The notes: generated by a model not told the origin, from the sequence alone. A stretch of DNA of 60,521 bases, filler included, from Bipalium vagum (GCA_037834085.1; 3 parts of 3 records of this genome joined end to end with filler, not necessarily neighbours in it); one strand, 5' to 3'; positions 25,111 through 39,490 are shown, numbered from the whole stretch's first letter. Translations and numbers: made by a program.

Positions 25111-25715
25111 CAAATAATATTTGATCTTTTGGACATAAGATCAATGGAGTCATTTAATAAGTCTGGCTCATTTAAAATTATTGAAATAATATTTAAAATA
25201 TGTCAGACTAATTTTAATGAACAGTAACCAAAAGTAATAAAATTTTTCTTGAAAGGTTATAATTGCAAAAAACTAAACTTTTGAATTTTTTTACAAGATA
25301 GTATTTGTAGAATAGTAAATTAGTAATATAGTAGTGAAATTAAAAGTATTAATTATAAATAAAAAAATACTTAAATAAATAAATATTTATGATCCATTCG
25401 ATCAATGGGATTGTGAAAGAAGAGTAGTAGACATAATTTTTAATTAATATTTTAATATTATTATGATAAAATAAAACTTACAAAAAGATAAAGAATGTTT
25501 TATGATAGGAGTGGAATAAATATTTGGAACGAGAAATAAATCCTCCAAAATTATTATTTTTTAAAATTTTATTTTGTACAAACACTGGGATCCAAATGAG
25601 TTGACTCCTTAGAAAAATTTACAGCCGTGGAAAAAGTATATTGCTAATATGAGAGAAAATCATAGTTAAAATTAAGTATTTTAAGATTTTGTTTTAAAAT
25701 AAATATTGTAATATA

Positions 25716-26744
25716 TTAGGGGTATGCATAAGTTCATGTCACTGCTGTAATGTGGAATTTAAGTAATATTAATAATAATATAACATCTAAAAATTTGTAT
25801 TTTGTTTAATTAAGTCAATATTGATTATATTTATAGCATTAATTTGATAATTAACTTAAGTTTACCAATTCATTTGCAGAAATTATAATGGAAATAGATA
25901 AAATGCATATACACCACTGCATGTTGTTTTTGTTTAATCAGAGCAAAAAGTCAGCCGAAGCAACTCGGATCATTTGCAATACAGATGGTGATAGAGCAGT
26001 AGCCGAGAGCTCTTGTCAATTGTTTCATCGCTTCAAGACCCGAGATTTTGATTTGAACGATAAAGAACGCATTTTGTGGCCAGACGAGATGAGTTCGAAT
26101 GACTTGGAAGCACTTTCGAAAGCGGATTCTTCTCAAGAGAGTGAAGAATTGGCAAAAGACTACATGTTAACCAAAGCACCAGAAGAATATTACCAGCTGA
26201 CTCACCATTTGTCTCTCGCTTCTCAATAGACACAAGCAAAAGCCTTTCTTGCATCGAATTGTGACCGGAAACGAAAAGTGATATATTACTCAAATCTCAA
26301 TCGAAAAGATCATAGATAAATCCTAGAGAACCCAACACATTACAGCCGAAAAGATATATTCATGGTCACAAAGCTCGTCTTTGTATCTGGTGAGAGATGC
26401 TCGGTATTGTTTATTATGAACTGTTAAAAACATCCAAAACTGTTACTGCGGAATTATACAGCTGCCAATTGAAGTAGTTGGAAGAGAGATTAATTGTAAA
26501 ACGGCCTTATTATGCGACCAAGCTAAACAAAGTGATTCTTCTGCCCGACAATGCGAGATCCAAAACTGGGAAACATTGATGGAATTAAAATTCTACCACA
26601 CCCAACGTATTCTCCAGATGTCGACCAGTCAGATTTTCAATTATTACGTTTCATGCAGCACAGTCTTTCTGATAAAAAATCCGGAATATTAAAGAGTTAT
26701 GAAAAATTATCGAACACTTCGTGTGAAATTATGCATACCCGTAA
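25716..26744 (+). mobile_element. mariner with both TIRs, transposase pseudogene (mauritiana-like)
   Basis: TIRs TTAGGGGTATGCATAAGTTCA and TTACGGGTATGCATAATTTCA (reverse complement), TA flanks. MEIDKMHIHHCMLFLF..., IVTGNEK*, VILLPDNAR and LPHPTYSPDVDQSDF. Multiple stops. Confidence 0.95.
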
Positions 26745-26889
26745 TAATATATTATGTTAGTGGAAATGTTTCTGACAAGTTAATAAAGGCACTTCTCAAG
26801 TCTTAATAATTTGATAAATTAATCAATAACCTAGGTATGGTCTATGTTTCAAAATCATTAAAAAGTTTTGTTTCAACTAACAAGTGAAT

Positions 26890-27772
26890 TTTAAGAGCAT
26901 GTTTTCACATGGCCATCACCTTAGAAATTTGATGCATATGAGTCTTATCACGAATTAGATGTTTCAGAGACCGCCTGAAATACGTGTGCAGTGAAAAATC
27001 CAAATGCAGCATCTGAAAAGGAAAATTCGTGATATTTTGGATCTTGGGTATCTACAAAGGTTGGATCATGTTGAAGAATTGAACAACAAAGCTTAGAGAT
27101 AATCGATGTGATCCAAAAATGATGTCTCTTGAGCTCTGCAAAATTCCTGGCAAACATCACACTTCAGTTTTAATCAATTTGAAGTTATTTTTTCATACTG
27201 TTTTGGTTCCACACAAACTGTGTCAACATTATCTTTTGCGAAGAATTACCATCTCGTCTGCATTAGTTGCTAGACAACAATTGTGTCAATTTCTGAATCA
27301 TGTGGTGACTTGAGATAAGAATCAAGGAAAGACGAAGTCCCATTAACTAAACCGAAACCAAGTTTGCAACCGAAGAAAGCAAGGCTGTGTGTTTGGTGGA
27401 ACATACGTGGTATCATATACTATAAATTGATAATTCTAAGCCATACAGTTAATGTTGAAATATATTGCCAACAAATAGATCATTTGAAACAGGCGTTGAT
27501 TAAGAGACGGTCGTAATCATGAAAAGATTACGGAGTTTGACTTGGAATTCCTTCTACACATACCATACAGTCCTGACTTTGCTCCACCACAATTCCCTTT
27601 ATTTATATTTATGCAACACTTACTCAAAGAAAAGGAATTCAAATATAAGAGTGATATCGAAAAAGCGATGGAAGATTTCTTTGAATCAAAGAAAATTAGA
27701 AGTTCTTGAAATAGCATGGAGTTTTTACCACAAAGACAGTAGAAGATCATTAATAAGCAAAATTTCAATCTG
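26890..27772 (+). mobile_element. decayed mariner transposase
   Basis: LVPHKL, VVT*DK, PKKARLCVWWNIRGIIYY and HIPYSPDFAP. Confidence 0.9.
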
Positions 27773-27774
27773 AT

Positions 27775-28105
27775 CGTACGATTTGAATTGCATTTCTTCC
27801 AGGGAATGTGTCATTGAAAAGCTATCTGAAAAGTGCGCTACGTGCTCAGGGATTTCTCATTGCAAGAATAACATTGTTTAGTTGATGATTGAAAAAAGGT
27901 AGTCTCTCATTGTCATCCAAAAGAATGACCTTGTGTCTATTGGTTGTGTATTTTAATTAATTCATTATTTCATCTTTTTAGTTGATGTTGATATTTTTCC
28001 CGTAAAAGTTTTTTTAATTTCTAAAGTTCATGGTGCACTACATTTTTCATATTCCACCAATCACAAAGCATAACTTTCTTTCAAGAGTCAAACCGGGATT
28101 CAAAC
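27775..28105 (-). mobile_element. mariner internal fragment
   Basis: PGLT..KVMLCDWWNMKNVVHHEL and NRHKVILLDDNER. Confidence 0.8.
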
Positions 28106-28129
28106 AAACAAAATTATATTTTTTACAAC

Positions 28130-28930
28130 AAATTTATACATACATGAAAATTAATCATCAGCACATTACTGTGAGCCTAGCATGGCAATAAAGTAAAACA
28201 TTCAAAAAAATATACAATAAATTATCACAATTTTTGTAAAGTTTTTGTTATAAGTTCATTGTTACTTTCAAAATCATTTTCTTCGTTAAAGTTGTCGAAT
28301 ATTGGATAGTCAGGATTGGATTCATCAGCATAGTTTTTCAATTCAGAGAAATTCATCGATGTCTTCCCAACATCCCGATGAAATTTCCATTGAACTGTAC
28401 TCAACTTGATATTTGCCGATTTCTGTTATCTTCCGTTTTGAGAGTTGAAAGCTTTTAAGTATTCTTTCGTTGCGCTTCATCCATGATCCAAGACATCGGA
28501 CCGCGAAAGTGTCCAATGGATGATTCCATTCGGTCAGAGCTTTCTTCGTTTGATCCAAAAGTTCCTTATAATGACTCAGATTTTTCTCATGATTCCAGAA
28601 AATATTATTTTCTGTATCATAAGAGCATTTGATGTCGGTTATGCTCCGTATATTCGATTTGAAGATCTTTACATTTGGTAGAATTAACGTACTATCTTTC
28701 TGCATTGACAAAGACTTTTGCCCTTGTGTTCTGCCTTATTTGCTCTGCCAAGTGATCTTGAATTGAATTTTTGCGATAATTTGCAAATATTCTAAAAGTA
28801 AAACGGTTACCAAGTACATGAGACAACGTCTCCTCCGGTTCATTGCATTTTCTGCCTCCTTTCATATGCGCATGGAATGATCTGATCTCTGAGCTACATC
28901 CCCAGACTTATTTTCAATTATCTCACAATG
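28130..28930 (-). mobile_element. 5'-truncated non-LTR retrotransposon with restriction-like endonuclease (NeSL/R2/R4-type) 3' end
   Basis: (G)RKCNEPEETLSHVLGN(R) is a decayed CxxC..ETLxHxLxxC knuckle and RKNSIQDHLAEQI corresponds to the RHN motif. ORF 28343-28711 has PN..IF...ITDIKCSYD...HYKEL...FAVRCLGSWMKRNERIL, matching the PD..D.K endonuclease and G.LGSW..N motifs. Confidence 0.85.
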
Positions 28931-30000
28931 ATTATTGTTTATTTTATTTTAGACAGAGATGTTGATGATAAATAGTTATATTAAATAAAATAGAAATTTG
29001 AAAATTCTTTAAAATCACAAATTATTAATAAATTGTTTAATTAAATTTAAATTGCGGAGTTTTAATAAGCATTAATGGAAAATATATTGATAAATAAAAT
29101 CATAGTGATATTTACAAAACAAAAAATGTGGTATCTGAATCTATTGGAATTAATTGATAAAGTAATTAAATCAATTAATTAAGGAATTTTTATTTAAAAG
29201 TGATTTATAGAATCTATTTATTTTGAAAGTTCTTTAAAATAATATAATTATCGATGTTATCCTTGATCAATTTATTGATAATTATTAAATAAAAACATTA
29301 GATTTCAATTATTATTATTAATATTATTAATTTTTTGAAAAATTCTTTCAATAATATTGATTCAATTAATCGAAATCATTTCAATTATTATATTTTAATA
29401 ATTATTGTAAAATTTGAAAATTAATCAGCAAAATATATTAATTTATTAAAAAATATTTTTCTGGTTAAAAATATCGAATTATAATGTACATAATTTTAGA
29501 GGAAAAGTTTTATTTGTTTTAATTTAAAATCACTTTTACAATTATCGTGAATTGTGATTGTGAAAGAGGAGATTTGTTTTACTGAATGTAAAATTTTGAT
29601 AATAAAATTAATACCATAAAAATACAGTTTAAGATAACATTAAAAAATTAGAAAAAATAATTTTAAATATTTTCATTATACGAATGTAATAAATTAAAAA
29701 TATTTTCCCCGTGCTGGTGGCTATAAGAAGCATGATATTCTATTTCATCATCAGATAGATAATATCTATTTGACTTAGATTGAAATATCCATTTATCTGA
29801 TCTCATGGGGTATTATTTAACATCAAATTGGCCCTATATTTCACTCCACCACTGAAATATCACTTACCATTTATTTGATAGAAATTTTCATCCAATGTAT
29901 TAAAATTTTAAATCTACAATTTAATATAATATAATATAAAATATTATTAAAACGATTTTAAATAAATAGGTAGAAATTCATCATGATTATTATTTTTTTA

Positions 30001-31005
30001 TTAGGTCATTCAAAGAGTAACGAATGTTTGCAAATATTTTGAAAAATATTTATTTTTGCAAAAAATTATTATGTAAATATAAATACCGGTTATTAATACT
30101 TTATGAAACAAAATTATTTTTGTTTAAGTATATTCCTTTTTTAAAAATGGCATCTGAAATGAGCAGTAAAATCAAACAACGTTATGTAATAGAATTTTTA
30201 TGCAATCGGATGAAACTTATGTCGTCAAAATTTACAAGAAGCTTTCAAATGTCTACAAAACTGAGACAATCAATGTCAGGAACTTCAGACAATGGATGAA
30301 TTATTTTAAAAACGACGAATCTAATGTTTTAGACAAACATAGAAATGGAACACCATGCAGCAGTCTTAACGAGTCAAACTCAGAATTTATCCGGGAATTA
30401 ATCTGCGTTAGTTTTCGTATTACCATGATAACATTACCAGACGCAGTAGGAGTATCCGTTGGAAATGTTTATTGTATAACTCATCAATTAGGATTCGAGA
30501 AAGTTATGTTAAAATGGGATCAAAATTGTTGACTGATGAAGAAAAAACGAATGGAAATCTGCGATCATCGTGAATATTGATCATGAAAAGATCCCTTTAA
30601 AGGTGTCATTACTGATGATGAAACATGGATTTACTATCACGATCCTGAGACTAATGAATAAAGTGAAGATTGTCACAATTTTGATCCAACCACACCAAAA
30701 CACACAAGAATTTTGAGAAAATGTGAATAGGCTATGGCAACATATTTCTTGGACCAAGAAGACATAATCCTTATCGATTTCTGGAAAAAAAGACAATCAA
30801 CTCTGAAAGGTATTATCAGATATTGAGTAAACTAAGAAGGGCATTTAAAGATAAAAAAAAGCATTTAAATGGGCAACAAATAATCATGTACCCTGATAAT
30901 GCACTACCTCATTCTTCTCATATGACATCAGACATGATTGCCAATTTTACATTGGAATTTCATGCAACAGCCACCGCACATCCGGAATCTGGCACTATCC
31001 GAATA
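30001..31005 (+). mobile_element. decayed mariner (irritans-like), 5' TIR present
   Basis: TA|TTAGGTCATTCAAAGAGT; KQRYVIEFL; VITDDETWIYYHDPET; IILIDFLEK; IIMYPDNALPHSS. Confidence 0.9.
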
Positions 31006-34000
31006 ATAAGAACAATATTTTTTAGAAATAGTTCAATACAGCAGAAATATAAATTATTTATATTTATATTTTATATCAATGAAATTTATTAATTTTGGTT
31101 TTATACTTTTTATTTATTTTTTCTTTTATTTTTTATTATAATGTATTAATATTATATTCAATAATATTATAATATATAATAATATTATTAAATGTTGTTT
31201 CCATTATAAAATATTGCATGTGATAATTTATAAATATAAATAGATTTAATAAGATAAAATATTAATTAATTAATTATTATTTATTAAATAGTATCAATAA
31301 GTAAAGTATTAATTAATGAAAATAATCAATTATTTAAAATTAAATATTACAGATTTTCACTTAAATAAAACAAAATTGTTTAAATAAATAATGAAAATAA
31401 TAAAAAATATAAATTTTCGATATTATAAAGGAAAAAATTGATTGAAGTGTTTTCAAGCATGAAAAATGATAGATTTTGATTGTTGTTGTTGTTGTTCGTC
31501 AACAAACAGAAATAACATATCGCATATAAATATTTTTATCATAAATTATCTTTCTTTTTTTCATAGACGTAATTTTTTCTATTCTTCAAGGAAAATAGAA
31601 CAATGAGAATTAATCTCCAGTACCAAATTACAATAATCAATGGAAATAATGGCAAAGGTGAATTAAAATATGAAGAATCTTGTCTTATCATTATTATCAT
31701 TAGTTGGTGACACAAGGGTCGCTGATAACCGTAAAGTCTTATTTCTTCAACATTTACTTGTCAAAGCATGTCTTAGGATAATAATCCAATATTCTTATAA
31801 TAATTAATCAGTATTTATAGATTATATTTCTTTTAAATAGTCAAAAGATGAAACATGGACTCATCTTGAAAGACTACAAGTCTCTTTAACCACGAAAACC
31901 ATTAACTTCTTATCCTACTTGAGTCTGTTTGAACCAAAACTACTCTTAAACTTGTAGTATTGAGTAGATAAGAAGGAAAAATATATTTAGAAGCATAAGA
32001 CTATCAAAGTGTAAACCAAATGAAGGAATTTTACTAACAAAGGGAGGGTGTTAAGAATGAGGAACGTAAAGCCTATAAAGCGCATTCTAATAAAAAAACA
32101 GATCAGTTCGTTTTTCATCTCTATCTCATGATTGTAATCCAAGTCGAATTTAACACAGTGCTTATAATGATTGAAGCTGAGGCCTCTCGGAAAGATACCT
32201 AAAATGGCAATGGAGTTAAATATAGAGTTTCGAAAAAAGTTAAAGCTCACAGTAACAATGTCTTTTAGAGTATAATAAGCACTTACTAGAACTATTACAG
32301 ACCATCTTATAAGGCATAGTGGCTGATGAGATGATCATGAAATCTCCATGGACACAGTAGTACTGTAGGCAGATGGAGCTATTATCCAGTTCATGGAGAT
32401 TTGATCAATTAACATAGAAATTACTTTCCTCGTCTACGTTGATTCGTGGTAAGAACAATAGTAATATTCCTGGCCTGCTTATAGGGACCAGATATGATAA
32501 TAAGAGCTAACTTCAGACAGCTAAACAACACTCACCAATTTAGAAAAGGAATATGATCATGTAAATGGATACTATTATATAGCAAATAAATAATTGTGCC
32601 TTATTGTCAAAAATATTTCGATTCATTATTTAAGAATTGCTATGAAAAATATATGAAATAACATAAAACAATTGGATAATCTTATTCCATGTTATTAATC
32701 ATCAGAATTATAATGGGATAGTTTTATGGCGTCACATCCCAATCTGAAATATCGTGAATATTTTCTCATTTAATTTCTGGTATAATATCAGGCAAATGGT
32801 TTCCTATTAAATGTCTGCTTTATAAACAACTTGACCTTGATATCATTGATAAAAGTATTTGTTTATTTGAGTTTTTTGCGTTAATTTGAAATATCATAAG
32901 TCATTATTAATTAGCCTTTACTGTATTCTTTAAAAAGTCAAGGTAACTTTGTTTTTACTCTAAAAGACATTCCATTTAAGATATTCGAGTTCTTTTCAAT
33001 TTCCAAAAAGGCTTTCAGGTCACGATAAAAACCAATATTTCGACCAGATATCTTCTCCAAGCGCTTTTGTCTGCAAAATAAAGGTCGTGGAGAATAATAT
33101 ATGAAAATTAATGTTGAAGGTTCACATGTGAGAGTGGAACATGATCCACTTATTTCATTTTGATGTCTCTAGCAGATGCTTTAGATATTCATAGATACCG
33201 TATTACGTCATATTAAAACGATTAAAAAGACAAAAAAAGTTCCATATTAATTGATACAAGTCATTAAAAATTGAAGATTAGAAATGACGCCTATTTCATT
33301 AAATAAATGTTTGTTCTTTGTTTATAATGCAGTTCTTCTTTAATATCTCTGGATTGGCATTTTTATATATGAAAGCAACTAATATTCTCATCAAATAATT
33401 TTTGATTCATATGTTAGGGACATCATATAGCAAGATTTTTTAGCTAATAATCTATATTTAGTATCATTTAAAAAACGTTTACGGTTATTTTATATTTTTT
33501 TAGTCTTATTAAATAAAATTTAATTTCTTTCCAAATCATTGGTTTGTTTTAAAAAAAAATTATTGAAATATGTAATTCAATTTTAAGATGGTACACAAAC
33601 AGACTGTGATAAAAGAAAATACGTAATTATTAATTTTCCGTTAAATCTGTTAAACAATCGTTGACATCGATTACGAATGTCTAAGGAAAACGGTAGATTT
33701 TATTGATATTTGTAATTGATGCTCGTGCTTTATGACCACATTTATAATGGAACATCATACAATGTCTAATGTGGTCCTTTTCAATTTAACATTTATTATC
33801 TTCTCTTTTTTTCTCTAAATTTTAAATTCCGTAAAAATGGATTAATGATGTACACATTTAATAGATAACTAAAAAGAATATTTGTTAGAAATAATTATAA
33901 ATAAAATTAGTAAATTCTGGTCCAAGTGAAACCCTCTTATTAATATCAAATAAATCATTTGGGTTTCAGATAATTATAATTAATTAACCCAAAACTCAAA

Positions 34001-36094
34001 ATAATAAAATCGCTTCAAATATAAAACCTTTATCAAGATTTGTTTGATCGACAACATTCAAGGACAGAAAATTTGACCTTGGAAATTGTTTGATATTTAG
34101 ATTATGTTGGACAATTAAAGCACAACTTTACTTCAAAAATTATTTTTAATTAACATAAAACGACAAAGAGTAACAAGGATACCACTATAATAATATCATG
34201 AATTTTTTTTCTTACTGATACTACTTGACTTAGTGATATTAATAACAGAATGAAAAAAACTTATTCATCAAAAGTCATTATATCATTATGTTGCACAATA
34301 CCTTCGATTTTCCCTTCATTGAATCTCACATCATCAGTGTTTCTCCATAATTTTCCATTATTATTTGTTCTTGGATAATTTATATATCCCAGTATCCACA
34401 ACTTGTAAATATGGAGTCATTAAACGTGATCTGAGAATTAATTCTGTTTTTTTCGGGAATCACCGCTTTGGTGTGGTTGACATGAATGGAAATTTTGTAT
34501 CAATCCACGAAGTGTTAAGGTTTTGATTTACACATGGTTTTTGTTGAATTTCTCTTACTGATACTATTTTTATGACATCATGAACATTTTTTAAGTTAAT
34601 GATGTTATTATTGTTTCGTAATACTAATCGGCGTTTTCCGTTATTAAATTAAATGGGTCGTTTGGTTAAAACAAAATCTGATACATTTATTAATCCAAGA
34701 TATATTATTTCTTATCAAAGTGTTTTCTCCTTTAACTTTTTCAAACTTAACATTTTAGATTTTTAGAACCATCTTTGGAATTTACCAAAGTAATGTTTTG
34801 AAAGTGATTCAATAAAAAATAATTTTCAATTTCAATTTTTGTTTTAATTATTTTAGTATTTTTTTTGGAGAAAAAATATTTCAATGCACTAAAAAATTCA
34901 TTAAAACAATGAATAAAAAGTCAATTTAAAAATAATTTTTATTCAGGAATAATTAATTTTAATAAATCTTTATTTTTTAATAATATAATTAAATTTTTAA
35001 TTAAAAAACCATATATCATTTAAACAAATTAGAATATTTAAAAATTAAATTATGTAGTGTTATTTTAAACATTATTTCATTAACTCTGGTATTAATTTCA
35101 CTTTCAGAATTGAGTAAAATTAGGGAGGTTGATTGTAAATTACTTAATTAATTTTCTGGAATTTAATATAATTTAAAACACCACAGAAATTTAATTAAAA
35201 TTTTACGAATTTCTTTCCCAATAAATATTATTATTTTCTCTGTAAATCTAAACCATTGTTAATAAGCTCGCAAATAAAAGAAAAATATTTTATTATTATC
35301 TAATTTAATTAATATTATCAAATTCGTCCCATTTCTGTCCTTTGTCTTAAATAAATATCGAACACATTCATTAAGGCCTATATTTTCCACAACTCCATTG
35401 TTAATTTAACACCGATAAAACAAAATAATACAACTGACTTTGTAAGTCTGCCGACAGTTTTATGTTATAAATCCATTATCTTAGATGGTAGGATAAGATT
35501 TATTTACGTTGATATCCTTCTCATAAATTAATAAATAAATAAAATATATTTTTGAAATATTATTACGATTTTATCGAGTTTAATTAATTTTAACACTTTA
35601 AACAGCATTATCAAATGAAATTTTTAATGATAAATATTGGTTAATATTGGTTTTTATTTGTATATATCTCTCATCACGGCATTGTCCCTACATTTATCAG
35701 GAGATAAATCCCAATTGAACACAGTCGTTGGATATTGATGGGGAATATTCTGGGTTTAGGAGAATTAAAATCTGCTCTTTAATGTTGTACAAAAAAGGAT
35801 AATGGAAAGGAAATCGTTTCTTCTTTTTTATTTCACAAAAATAAAATTATTAATCTGTAATTAAATGCAATAAAAATTCATTATATAATATAAATATTTA
35901 TCAAATTCTTTCATTTAAAACGTAATATGACGAGAGAAAAGAATTTTTAAATCAAGCTAAGACAAAACTGAATTAAATTTCTACCATAAATGAATTAAAA
36001 ATGTCACATTTCATTTTCATAAAAATTCATGAGCATAAAAACCATGGACAAAAAATTGGTCAATATTTTATTGTATAATAATTTTTTAGAATAT

Positions 36095-36325
36095 TTGAAA
36101 AAAATAAAAAAAAAATTAAAAAAAGAAATAAAATAAAAAATTAATAAAAATAAATTAAATAAAAAATTAATTAAAATAAGTAAAATAAAATTTAAGAAAT
36201 TAATAAAATTAGAATTTAATAAATTAATAAAATTAAAAATTTAATAAATTAATAAAATAAAAAAAATAAAAATTAATAAAAATAAAAAAAATAATAAAAT
36301 AATAAAATCAATAAAAAAATCAATC
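36095..36325. repeat. A/T low-complexity tract with AATAAAATT-type units
   Basis: Almost pure A/T, with locally duplicated AAATTAATAAAATT units. Confidence 0.7.
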
Positions 36326-37099
36326 GTAATTGGATTTTTGTAATAAAAAATATTTTTATATAGTGAAACATGTGTAATAATATCTTTTTGTTTTAATAAT
36401 AGTAAATTAATTTAAAGTGTGGTGATTAATTTTCCTACTAATTAAAATTCGTGTTTACTTTTTTCCATTTTATTTTAAGATGAATGAATTTTTTTTATTT
36501 TTAATTATAAAAGACAAATTATATTATTGTTCTTTAATCATAATTTGTTTCTTGTGTAATTATTTCCTTTTTCTTATTTTAAATAATACTTATTACAACA
36601 TAATATATATCTTCTTTTACATTTTTCTCTTATTGTTTTTTAATATTTATTTATTTTTCTTGATTTAATATATTGATAAAATGAGTCGACTTTATTAATT
36701 ATATTTATTTACCAAATACATTTTTCTAATATTTTAAATTATATTTTATAATTTTTAAAAATAATAAAAATTATAAAACATCAGAAAAATGTAGAAAAAA
36801 TAATTTGATCTTTTAAAAAATGGACTCGGAAATGATTTTTATATGTTTAATGTCATTATTTCTATATCATTATAATCGGTATAATTTATTCTCCTTTCAA
36901 TATTATAATTATGACGCTGATGATGGCGATGATTATTATTATATCCCATAGATTACTGGGTCCGTGTATCAGATTATTGCTGGTGGGTATTTCGATTCTT
37001 AATTTTCTTATTATTTCCAATTATTATGGATTATCAGTTAAGTAAACCTTTCACTGGAATTTGTTATTTGTTTAACTGAATAGGATCAGCCGACTCAAA

Positions 37100-37240
37100 G
37101 TATAATGCCACATCTTACCCAGAAATATCCTCAAGTGTTTTTGGAAGTGTGATATATCATCAGTCTCATACAAAAATCGTAAGTGGGAAGGAATATTCTT
37201 AAGGGAGTTAAGCCTTGATAAAATGTCCACTTAAAAATAA
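37100..37240 (-). mobile_element. possible CR1/L2-like LINE ORF2 C-terminal relic
   Basis: TFYQG../KNIPSHLRFLYETDDISHFQKHLRIFL resembles the LINE end pattern YQG..WN.LP..I....S...FK..L..FL. Confidence 0.4.
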
Positions 37241-37408
37241 CCTATTAATATAGGTCTTTAAAATAATAAACATGAAGATAGAACTAAAATGGGGAGGTAA
37301 TTAAAATATTTTATTATTAAATATCTTTATATTATTAAGTAATTTATAAATTAAGTTGAAACATAAAAATATGAAAATTTGCCTTCATAAAATATAATTA
37401 TTATAACA

Positions 37409-38014
37409 TTAGGTTGTAACATAATTTTTCGTCATTTTGAATAATACGTGATTCAAAAGATCTGGCACCAAGCTATTTCTGGTTGTTCAACCATCTGAAG
37501 ACACATTGCGAGGACAAAAATTTGTTTTAAAGGATCATATGAAGAGTAATGTGACGAAATTCCTCGTGAACAAGAATCAAAATTTCTTTAAAATAGGCTT
37601 TAATGGAATGGTCGACTGGTATAATAAATGCGCCGATGTAAGCGGGGGTTACGTCGAGAAATGAGACCTATACATGTATAAGTAATTTTAATAAAAATTT
37701 TTTCACTTATCTTCATTATTTCTGGTAGAGTCTAAGTACATTTTAGCCTTAACACGTATATATTTATTAACAACACAGGGCATTTTATTTATAAATATTT
37801 TTTACAAATAAAAAGGATAAATCAATCGTTAATTAATTTCCGTTATTAATTCCTTCCTTCTTTTCACCAGTTGTTGTAAACTTTTTTCAAGAAATCGCAT
37901 TATCTACCCCATAAAGAAATTGATGAATCTACTTTCTAAGGTCCTTCTCTTGATATAATACCCTGAAAAATAACCATAAAATAATAAAATCACCAAAGTT
38001 ATGTGACAACCTAA
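37409..38014. mobile_element. mariner TIR-bounded deletion/composite derivative
   Basis: TIRs TTAGGTTGTAACATAATTTT and TTAGGTTGTCACATAACTTT (reverse complement). Contains a + strand C-terminus DLAPSYFWLFNHLK..LRGQKF...WYNKCADVSGGYVEK*. Confidence 0.8.
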
Positions 38015-38159
38015 TATACTATTTAAAATATGTATGAAAAAATTAGATTACATTAAAATTTTAAATTATTAAAATATAGTAATTTCATTAATAATAATAA
38101 TAATAAAAATATTATTATTATCATTGCTGTTATTATTATAATTTTATCATTCAATATTA

Positions 38160-38850
38160 TTAAAAAAGGGTCTAGGGGATAAAAAAGATGATCATCAAAC
38201 TGGGGTTACCATCAATAGCAATGATTGAGGAAATTGTAGTTGTCATCGAATCAACAGTTGAAGAAATTATTCGAATATCATTATAGATTAAAGTGAATTT
38301 TTTAGACTTGATATAGATCAGTTTATTCTATTATACAAGATCGTATAGGATTGTGCAAGCTGTATACCAAATGAATGAAAAAGGCATTGAGCAGAGAACA
38401 CGAATGCGAAGAGCAAACAAAGCAATTCAGTTTATCAATAGATCTGATGATGACCCCGAGGATTTTTATAGCACACTGCAGTAACTGGTGGTGAAACATG
38501 AATCCGGAAAGTAAAATGTAGTTTAAGCATTGGTTAGCAAAGCGATAAAGTGGTCCAATAAAGTTTAAATTTGTACGGTCAATGAAGAAAGTTATGGTCA
38601 CTAATTTTGGTATTCTGAAAGTGTTATCCTGGTAGAATTTCTCGAGGGTCTGTAGACAGTAACTCTTGGGTACTATGAAGAAATTTTTTCAAATTCTTCA
38701 TGTTATACTTGTAAGCCAACGCACAGGAAAAATGTATCGTCGAATTTTGATTTACCATGACAATATGCTCCAGCACATTCGCGCACCTGTCCAAGTTTGC
38801 ACTTCAAGACTATGGTAGGGAAATACTCTTGCATTTACCATCAAAATATA
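38160..38850 (+). mobile_element. decayed mariner (irritans-like)
   Basis: VTGGET, KKVMVT, VILVEFLEG..TVTLGYYEE and YHDN.(A)PAHS. Confidence 0.85.
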
Positions 38851-39417
38851 ATAATAAAGTACTATTTATAAAGATTTTAATAGAAAATATAATTATTAAT
38901 AACATTTAAACGAATAATAATAGTTTATATTAAAATATAAATAAAGAACAATTGTAAAATATAAACTTTTGTTTGAAGGGAATTATTGTTTCATTAATGT
39001 TTTTAATTTCTCTGATTATTTATGAAAGGTTTTCTCTTCCTACCCTGTTAGTCTCAGACTACCATTAATTCCACTTCATTACCAATAAATTTCAGAACGA
39101 CCTTTTATTTATTATATTTTTATTTAACATTATTGAACAGCAAACTGAACACATTCCAAATAATGAATTTATAATTAAAAAAGTAAATCAACCAAAAATA
39201 TAAAAATCAATTCAGCTATTTTGTCCAAATTATTGAATAATGAGGAACGTTTTTGGGAAAATTCAATTGATTTCGTTGATTAACATTTTCCTATAATTTA
39301 CTTTGAAAAGGTGATGAATTATTAATGAAATCAGTCTGATCTTTTGCGTGGAATATTAAGCTTTCAGAGTTTTTTTATATAATGCTGTATGCATATAATA
39401 ATAATATAAAAAAAATA

Positions 39418-39421
<4 letters not shown>

Positions 39422-39490
<69 letters not shown>
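39422..39490 (+). repeat. (TAA)n microsatellite at contig end
   Basis: About 23 perfect TAA units abutting the gap. Confidence 0.95.

Noticed and set aside
24883-25227. ORFs spanning the N run
   Set aside because: Artefacts of translating N.
36480-36668. Short hydrophobic F/I/L-rich ORFs (also 8975, 13491, 13498, 50879)
   Set aside because: Expected by chance in T-rich low-complexity DNA.
37116-37226. Open 111-nt AG/GT-bounded segment (DILSRLNSLK…) as a possible srGAP exon
   Set aside because: It resembles srGAP SRLSTLK only briefly and fits a LINE C-terminal pattern better, so it is kept only as a low-confidence TE relic.
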